From NCBI GenBank assembly GCA_050485645.1, contig JBJHBT010000005.1, positions 1,062 through 65,061 on the forward strand: a DNA stretch of 64,000 nucleotides. Reading direction: 5' to 3'. Of the stretch, positions 58,105 to 64,000 are shown one piece after another. This DNA comes from Gammaproteobacteria bacterium. Its GTDB lineage: Bacteria; Pseudomonadota; Gammaproteobacteria; Steroidobacterales; Rariloculaceae. The translations under genes were made by a program, and so were the position numbers. The notes beneath the pieces are model-generated. The model ran no database searches. It worked only from the letters and a program-made list of their open reading frames with translations, and was not told the origin of the DNA. How positions within the stretch are numbered: position 1 is the stretch's first letter; the number at the start of each line of letters is the position of its first letter.

Positions 58105-58352
58105 TGATGGAAGCGCAGGTCGGTGTTCTCGGCTGGCTGATCGTGCTGGCCGTGCTGCTGACAATCTGTGTGCTGCCGCTGATCGTCATCGGGCACTATG
58201 TTGTGAAGTGGAAATCCGCCAAGGGACTGTCGACCGACGAACAGCGCATGCTGGAGGATCTGTGGCAGGACAGCCAGTCGCTGGAAAGCCGGCTGAATGC
58301 GCTGGAAACCATTCTCGACGACGAAGTGCCGAACTGGCGCAGTCGTATCTGA
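58104..58352 (+). CDS. pspB: phage shock protein B
   Basis: Single TM then LSTDEQRMLEDLWQDSQSLESRLNALETILDDEVPNWR, typical PspB. 1-nt overlap with pspA stop. Confidence 0.88.
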   Translation: MMEAQVGVLGWLIVLAVLLTICVLPLIVIGHYVVKWKSAKGLSTDEQRMLEDLWQDSQSLESRLNALETILDDEVPNWRSRI

Positions 58353-58372
58353 GCTGACGGAGCACGGAACCG

Positions 58373-58804
58373 ATGTCCAACAGAGACGACTTTCATCGTG
58401 TACGTCTGACACGCGACCAGGATCGTCGCATGCTGTTTGGCGTGTGCGCGGGACTGGCCCGCTACTTCGGCTTTGATCTGACCATCACGCGGGTGCTGGT
58501 CGTGATCGCCGCGCTGTTTTTTCCTCCGACCATCCTCGTCGCCTACCTGCTGCTGGCCCTGCTGATGCCCAAGGGCGGGAGCGGTGGTTCGACGGGCGGC
58601 TACGATCATCGTGGCCGACGGCATGGCACACCGGGCACGAGTCACGATGCCGTTTACGAGCGCGTGCGCAACGAGCCGCACGACGTGCTGGCAACGGTAC
58701 GCTACCGCTTTCGGGACATGGACGCGCGACTCCAGAGGCTGGAGAAATACGTAACGTCCAAACACTTCCGGCTCGACTCGGAATTCCGCAAACTGAAGGA
58801 ATGA
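58373..58804 (+). CDS. pspC: phage shock protein C
   Basis: RLTRDQDRRMLFGVCAGLARYFGFDLTITRVLVVIAALF is the PspC domain. Confidence 0.9.
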   Translation: MSNRDDFHRVRLTRDQDRRMLFGVCAGLARYFGFDLTITRVLVVIAALFFPPTILVAYLLLALLMPKGGSGGSTGGYDHRGRRHGTPGTSHDAVYERVRNEPHDVLATVRYRFRDMDARLQRLEKYVTSKHFRLDSEFRKLKE

Positions 58805-58940
58805 CGTTCGCTGATCTGCACCGCAGGCCATGTCCGCTGCCGAGCCGGACAGCACCCGACGGGGTTGGAGGCGCGCGCCTCTGGCAGGCACGAAAAGCAA
58901 TAACCACGGATCAGGCGCATCCGTGAAACTGGAGTGAGTA

Positions 58941-59189
58941 GTGGGCGGCAAGGAATTTGTACTCGCGATCGTCGTGATCGTGCTCATATACAAGCTGTTC
59001 GACAGCTACGTGCGCAATCGCGCGGGCGAACGCGAAGCCCATCTGGAGCAGGAGGCACGCGACGCGCTGTCGCGCGTCAGTGAACTGGAGGAACGCATTC
59101 GTGTTCTGGAGCGTATCGTGACAGATGAAGGCTATGATGTGCGCCGTGAGTTCCGCAATCTGGGCTCACGCCAGGGACCCGATGCGTAA
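58941..59189 (+). CDS. small single-TM protein, PspB-like paralogue
   Basis: GTG 58941 with GGAGTGAG upstream. TM (FVLAIVVIVLIYKLF), then coiled coil VSELEERIRVLERIVTDEG echoing the PspB motif ESRLNALETILDDE. Confidence 0.55.
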   Translation: MGGKEFVLAIVVIVLIYKLFDSYVRNRAGEREAHLEQEARDALSRVSELEERIRVLERIVTDEGYDVRREFRNLGSRQGPDA

Positions 59190-59200
59190 AGGCGGTTACC

Positions 59201-59758
59201 TTGAGTGAGGCGTCGGACAATGCGCCCGAACTGGCTGCGGCTGACGCCATGCTGTACCGGGCGCTGGTGGCGCTTGCACCGGCGAGCGTCGTGGTCGCTG
59301 GAGGCCGCGAGCCCGCCGGACTCAGCGCGTGGCGCCGGGCTCACCCCGATCGCGAGGTGGCCGCGCTGCCGGCACCGGACGACGGGCATGCGGCCAGTCA
59401 GTTGCCGACACGACGCTACGGCGTCGGAGTGATAACGGGAATGGACAGGCTTTCGCCGGCGAAGGCACGCGCACGGATCGCCCTGCTGCGTGACCGCTAC
59501 TGCGATGCGATTGTCGTTGTCGCGCCGGTGAAATACTGGGCAGTCAGCGACTGGCTGGCACTGGGCTTTGAGCTGCGCGACCGTTGCACCGCGGATGCGG
59601 ATGCGGATGCGGATGCGGATGCGGATGCGGATGCGGATGCGGATGCGGATGACGTCGGGCTATACCAATACGACATTGCCCGTGCGAACCCCGAGCGGGA
59701 CTGGAACAACGCCCGCGACTGGGCGCATCCGGAGAATTTCCACCGCTACCGCTGGTGA
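59201..59758 (+). CDS. hypothetical protein with internal (Ala-Asp)x10 repeat
   Basis: 185 aa, starts 11 nt after the previous gene. C-terminal YDIARANPERDWNNARDWAHPENFHRYRW. Family not recognised. Confidence 0.55.
   Translation: MSEASDNAPELAAADAMLYRALVALAPASVVVAGGREPAGLSAWRRAHPDREVAALPAPDDGHAASQLPTRRYGVGVITGMDRLSPAKARARIALLRDRYCDAIVVVAPVKYWAVSDWLALGFELRDRCTADADADADADADADADADADDVGLYQYDIARANPERDWNNARDWAHPENFHRYRW
59591..59650 (+). repeat. perfect hexanucleotide microsatellite (GCGGAT)x10, in frame
   Basis: Ten uninterrupted GCGGAT units counted directly in the sequence. They encode (AD)x10 inside CDS 59201..59758. Confidence 0.97.
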
Positions 59759-59765
59759 ATGGCCG

Positions 59766-60191
59766 TCAGTCGGTGTTGCTCCGCGCGGCAACGTCCCGCG
59801 ACTCGCCCGCTGCCTCGGAGGATTCCGCATCCGACTCCGATTCGGCGCGTGCCTGGGCAACGGCGTTGTAGGCGCGTACCTGTTCATTGAACAGCTGCAT
59901 CACATGCGACATTTCGTCGACTGCCGCATTGTGGCGATTGATCATCAGGGTCATGTAGGCGGCCGGCGCCTGGTCGGGACCTCCGACCGACGCGATCCGG
60001 CTTTCCAGGCAGGCGATGTAGTCGTCCATCGAGCCCATGTAGTCGCGGATGCGTGCCTGCGCATTGCGCAGCTGATCGGCCGAGGCCGTCGCCCCTTCGG
60101 GGACGATCACCACCTCCGGCACCTCACAGGCGCGGGCATCGAGTGTGGTCCAGCCGGCGACGGCAATACAGATCGACAGCAGCGTTCTCAT
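59766..60191 (-). CDS. hypothetical periplasmic protein
   Basis: ORF 59766..60248 trimmed to ATG 60191. Signal MRTLLSICIAVAGWTTLDARA, helical body with two Cys, acidic Ser/Glu-rich tail. Family not recognised. Confidence 0.5.
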   Translation of the reverse strand: MRTLLSICIAVAGWTTLDARACEVPEVVIVPEGATASADQLRNAQARIRDYMGSMDDYIACLESRIASVGGPDQAPAAYMTLMINRHNAAVDEMSHVMQLFNEQVRAYNAVAQARAESESDAESSEAAGESRDVAARSNTD

Positions 60192-60340
60192 GTGATGTCC
60201 GGCTTCCCTGAGTGTGTTGCTGCGGCGAATATACCCCAGCCGCGGCACCGGCAGTCAACCTGACGGACGCATGGCAACGGCCGGCTGACGGCGGGTCTGG
60301 AGAAACGTGGCGTGGCGTCCATGCCACGGCGGGTCGCGAT

Positions 60341-62386
60341 TCAGGCGGGCAGCGCCGGGTGACGTCCTGTTCCGGCGTCGTCGGCCAGCAGGAGTTCACG
60401 GTACTTTTCGCTGGGTATGGGGTCGGAAAACAGGTTGCCCTGAGCGTAGTCACAGTCGTGCGCCCGCAGGAATTCCAGCTGTTGCATGGATTCGACACCT
60501 TCGGCAACAACCTCCAGCTTCAGGCTGTGAGCCATGCGGATGATCGTCGCGACAATGGCGGCGTCGTCGCTGTCCGTGGCCACATCGCGCACGAATGACT
60601 GGTCGATCTTCAGTGTTCCGATCGGAAACTGCTGCAATGCACTGAGTGACGAGTATCCGGTACCGAAGTCGTCGATCGCCAGGTGCAGACCCATCGCATA
60701 AAGCGAATCGAGAATCCTGATCGTGCGGGCGGTGTCTTCCATCAGCGTGGTTTCCGTAATCTCCAGTTCCAGGCAGGTGGGTGACACGCCATGAGTGCGG
60801 AACGTGGCGTCCACGCGCTCCAGGAATCGCTGCTGATGCAATTGACGCAGCGACAGATTGAGTGACACGCGTCCGGGCGATGGCAGCATGCGCTGCCATT
60901 GACGGTAGTCGGCACATACCCGATTCAGAACCCAGTCGCCCACCTGCAGGATCAGGTTGGTTTCCTCGGCCAGAGGAATGAAGTCGGCCGGGAACACCAG
61001 GCCGCGCTCGGGCAGCTCCCAGCGCACCAGTGCTTCGGCTCCGGCGAGGCGGCCCGTGCGCAGACTGTACTTCGGCTGGTAGTGCAGCAGCAGTTCGTCG
61101 CGTTCGAGCGCGCGCCGCAGTTTGCTTTTCAGCATCAATCGCTCGACCGCGGCATTGTTCATTTCGGCGGTGTAGTACTCAACGCAGTTGCCACCCGTTC
61201 GTTTGGCGTGGTACAGCGCGGCGTCCGCGTTGCGCAGCATGTCGATGACGTTGTCGCCGTCTCGCGGATACAGCGCGATGCCCATGCTGGTGCTCATGAA
61301 GATTTCCTCGCCATGCACCTGGAAGGGCTTTCCGACAGCCGTCAGCAGCCGGTTGGCGATTGCGGCAACGTCGCCGGCCATCGCTTCCATGTTCTTGTAA
61401 CCGCTGACCAGCACAGCGAATTCGTCACCGGCGAGGCGCCCGGCGACGGCGCCTTCCGGGAGCTGGTCGACGACCCGTGCCGCGAATACTTCCAGACTGC
61501 TGTCGCCTGCCGCGTGGCCGAAGGTGTCGTTGATGTCCTTGAATCGATCCACGTCGAAGTAGATGAGCGCGAGGTATTCGCGATGTCGTCGAGCCTTGGC
61601 CATGCCCTGCTGCAGCAGGTGCTGGAACTGCATGCGGTTGGCGAGTCGGGTCAGCGGGTCGATGCGCGCCAGGTAACGCATGCGCTGTTCGACGCGTTTG
61701 CGGTCCGTGATGTTCTGTGCCGCATAGACGTGTCCCTCGATCGCACCATCGGTGCCGTGCAGCGCCGATGCGGTGTAAGACACGGGCACCTCGCTGCCGT
61801 CGCGGTGACGGAACATCGCCTCGCGCGGCTTCGCCCTGGGTCCGGTGGCAGCCGGTGTCTCCTGGTCGCGGGTCGCAACCAGCAGCTCGTCGAGCCGCCG
61901 CCCAAGCAGTTCCTGCGAGGAATAGCCGAGCATCGCGCAGGCCGCATCGTTGACCTTGTTGATCTGCGCATTGGCATCTGTGGCCAGAATGGCCTCGTTC
62001 ATGCGCGACAGCAGCCGGTCCAGGCGGTCGCGGGCGCCCGTGCTGGCGTGCAGCGTCGCCCACATGGCGTCGAATGCGGCGTGCAGCGGATGCAGCCGGC
62101 TGTCGTCGTCGGCCAGTGCGGACGGTGCGTCCGGATCGCCGTTGGCCGTTTTTCTCAGTGCATCGGTGAGTTCACCGACAGTCCGTTCGTAGCGCAGACC
62201 GAGCTCGTGAACGACCAATGCGGCGATTGCCGCGAAGACAGCCGCCGACACGATCGCTACGGCGCCGGCAGCGCCGGCGCCGAACATGCCGCCCCGGTGC
62301 ATGGCGTACGCCGCGGCAGTCGCGGCGAGCGCGACCGCGCCAGCCCCGAGCGTAATGGCGAGGTGCTTGCCTGTGAGTGAGCGCAT
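60341..62386 (-). CDS. membrane sensor PAS-GGDEF-EAL protein (c-di-GMP turnover)
   Basis: N-terminal TM segments. PAS region (NEAILATDANAQINKVNDAACAMLGYS). GGDEF domain with variant RLAGDEF and no RxxD I-site. EAL domain with EALVRW, DDFGTGYSSL, KIDQSF intact. Confidence 0.9.
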   Translation of the reverse strand: MRSLTGKHLAITLGAGAVALAATAAAYAMHRGGMFGAGAAGAVAIVSAAVFAAIAALVVHELGLRYERTVGELTDALRKTANGDPDAPSALADDDSRLHPLHAAFDAMWATLHASTGARDRLDRLLSRMNEAILATDANAQINKVNDAACAMLGYSSQELLGRRLDELLVATRDQETPAATGPRAKPREAMFRHRDGSEVPVSYTASALHGTDGAIEGHVYAAQNITDRKRVEQRMRYLARIDPLTRLANRMQFQHLLQQGMAKARRHREYLALIYFDVDRFKDINDTFGHAAGDSSLEVFAARVVDQLPEGAVAGRLAGDEFAVLVSGYKNMEAMAGDVAAIANRLLTAVGKPFQVHGEEIFMSTSMGIALYPRDGDNVIDMLRNADAALYHAKRTGGNCVEYYTAEMNNAAVERLMLKSKLRRALERDELLLHYQPKYSLRTGRLAGAEALVRWELPERGLVFPADFIPLAEETNLILQVGDWVLNRVCADYRQWQRMLPSPGRVSLNLSLRQLHQQRFLERVDATFRTHGVSPTCLELEITETTLMEDTARTIRILDSLYAMGLHLAIDDFGTGYSSLSALQQFPIGTLKIDQSFVRDVATDSDDAAIVATIIRMAHSLKLEVVAEGVESMQQLEFLRAHDCDYAQGNLFSDPIPSEKYRELLLADDAGTGRHPALPA

Positions 62387-62568
62387 GGCGTTATCTGCCG
62401 TTGCCGTCTCGGTGAATGGCGGTCACGAACCCATGCGCTGCATTATTATTGTTGTTCTGGTTATCAAATTCTTCTTGCCGACCATTGCCCGTCGATTCGT
62501 GTCGGCCTATCCGGCCCGGACCGTCTCGTTGCGGGTAACGCAGGCACGGGACGGCAGCAGAGTCTACT

Positions 62569-63570
62569 ATGATCGTCAATCCTCAGGTATCCGCCTTTCA
62601 GCACAGCGCATATCGATACCCGCCCGGGCTGGGGAATCCGCATCTTCAGTCCATGCTGGCCAGTTCGCCGTTGCGGCGCAGCCTGTTGGGGCGCTCGGCG
62701 CGCGCGCTGATGGCTGCCAGTGTTGCCCAGATCATCGATTGCGATGACGGCAGGCTCATGGGTCTCTACGCGCCGGCGGAGGGCAGCTCGCGGGGGCTGG
62801 TCGTGTTTCTGCATGGCTGGGAAGGCTGCGCGCACTCGCACTACGTGGTGTCGGCCGCGTCGCGGGTGCGCGAAGCAGGATTCGATACCTTCCGGCTGAA
62901 TTTTCGCGATCATGGCGGGACATTCGGCCTGAACGAGGAGCTGTTCCATTCCTGCCGCATCGACGAAGTGGTTGAGGCCGTCCGCACAGTGGCGATGCGC
63001 GATACGTCGCGGCCGGTGTGGCTGGCAGGCTATTCCCTGGGCGGCAACTTCGCCTTGCGCGTGGCCTCGCGTGCGCCGGGCGTCGGCCTGGCGCTGAAAC
63101 GGGCGATTGCGCTGTGCCCGGTGCTCGACCCGCACAGCACGATGCATGCGCTGGAAACCGGTCCGTGGTTCTACCGGCACTACTTTCTCCGTCGCTGGCG
63201 GCGCTCACTGCGCGCCAAGGCTGCCGCGTTTCCGCATCTGTACGACTTCGGCAATCTGCGCCGACTGCCCACGCTGACGTCCACCACCGATTTTTTTGTA
63301 CGCCGCTACACGGTGTTCGACGACCTGGACAGCTACCTCGGCGGCTACGCGATCACCGGTGACGTGCTCGCCGATCTCCGGGTGCCGTCCACGCTGATCG
63401 CGGCGGCGGACGACCCGGTGATTCCGGTCCGCGACCTGCGGTACGTGGCGTCCAGTGGGGCACTGGAGGTGATCGTTACGCCACAGGGTGGCCATTGCGC
63501 CTATCTGAGCGACTACAGTCTGCGCAGCTGGCTGGATGATGTCGTGCTGCAGCAGATTGAGAACAGCTGA
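62569..63570 (+). CDS. alpha/beta hydrolase, YheT-like
   Basis: VVFLHGWEG, nucleophile elbow GYSLGGN, C-terminal DDPVIP and GGHCAY; pattern of the YheT/ABHD1-3-like family. Confidence 0.8.
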   Translation: MIVNPQVSAFQHSAYRYPPGLGNPHLQSMLASSPLRRSLLGRSARALMAASVAQIIDCDDGRLMGLYAPAEGSSRGLVVFLHGWEGCAHSHYVVSAASRVREAGFDTFRLNFRDHGGTFGLNEELFHSCRIDEVVEAVRTVAMRDTSRPVWLAGYSLGGNFALRVASRAPGVGLALKRAIALCPVLDPHSTMHALETGPWFYRHYFLRRWRRSLRAKAAAFPHLYDFGNLRRLPTLTSTTDFFVRRYTVFDDLDSYLGGYAITGDVLADLRVPSTLIAAADDPVIPVRDLRYVASSGALEVIVTPQGGHCAYLSDYSLRSWLDDVVLQQIENS

Positions 63571-63601
63571 CTCGCAGAACAGCCTCCTCGGAGGCGGTGG
63601 G

Positions 63602-63997
63602 TCAGGCGTCGCGTTTCTCGTCAAAGACGACCGGGTCGCTGCCATTGGCCGTTCTGATGTCGCCTTCGATCACGGCGCCCTGCGCCACGGCGATCGAACT
63701 GCCGGACAGGCTGCCCTGAACACGCGCACTGGCGGCGATCTCCATGCGTTCACCGGCGATCACATCGCCCTCAACGGTGCCGGCCACGATCACATCGGTG
63801 GCTTTGAGGATTCCCTTCCACGTACCGCTGTCGGCCAGCGTGACGGCGCCGTCTATGTCGCAGTCGCCCTCCACGGTGCCGCAGAACACGAACGACCCCG
63901 GGCCGCTGATCGTGCCGCTGAAATGCGTATTCGGGGCGAGGAAGGTGGTGGGGCCGCTGGCGCGATCGCGGATTCTGCGTGTGAACATTGAGGGCAC
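63602..63997 (-). CDS. bactofilin family cytoskeletal protein
   Basis: Repetitive beta-helix pattern GTISGPGSFVFCGTVEGDCDIDGAVTL...VAGTVEGDVIAGERMEIAASARVQGSLSGSSIAVAQGAVIEGDI. Confidence 0.85.
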   Translation of the reverse strand: MPSMFTRRIRDRASGPTTFLAPNTHFSGTISGPGSFVFCGTVEGDCDIDGAVTLADSGTWKGILKATDVIVAGTVEGDVIAGERMEIAASARVQGSLSGSSIAVAQGAVIEGDIRTANGSDPVVFDEKRDA

Positions 63998-64000
63998 TCC

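Overview
GC-rich bacterial chromosomal segment. Gene content and local synteny look like a non-enteric gammaproteobacterium: gmk-rpoZ-spoT-ridA, ponA divergent from pilMNOPQ-aroK-aroB, and fimU-pilVWXY1E. That lineage call is inference only. I call 63 protein-coding genes and one leader peptide. Coding density is very high, and many start/stop codons overlap by 1-10 nt.

Most of the window is core housekeeping:
- stringent response and nucleotide metabolism
- rph-rdgB, rpmE, gltA, ppc, mdh
- two type IV pilus loci flanking ponA
- aroK-aroB
- fadD, tesA and fadE
- a complete trpEGDCFBA operon
- pspF-pspABC

I recognised no rRNA, tRNA, CRISPR array, transposase, integrase or phage gene by eye. 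I do not see a clear, complete, novel multi-gene system such as a defence island.

Observations worth a second look:
1. A divergent FlhC-like / possibly tandem FlhD-like pair sits outside any flagellar or conjugative context. It is translationally coupled to an NRDE/TANGO2-family gene. The pair is separated by an AT-rich control region with four alternating ACCAT/ATGGT half-sites.
2. A hand-found 28-codon leader peptide with tandem Trp codons, plus an antiterminator and terminator, lies upstream of trpE.
3. A truncated SpvB/FG-GAP toxin-type gene at the left edge sits behind an AT-rich boundary.
4. A perfect (GCGGAT)x10 in-frame microsatellite.
5. A C-tract (G-quadruplex/i-motif-prone) repeat lies between convergent genes.
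6. The gene junctions around tesA are extremely compressed.

Many long ORFs in the supplied track are antisense artefacts of high GC and were rejected.
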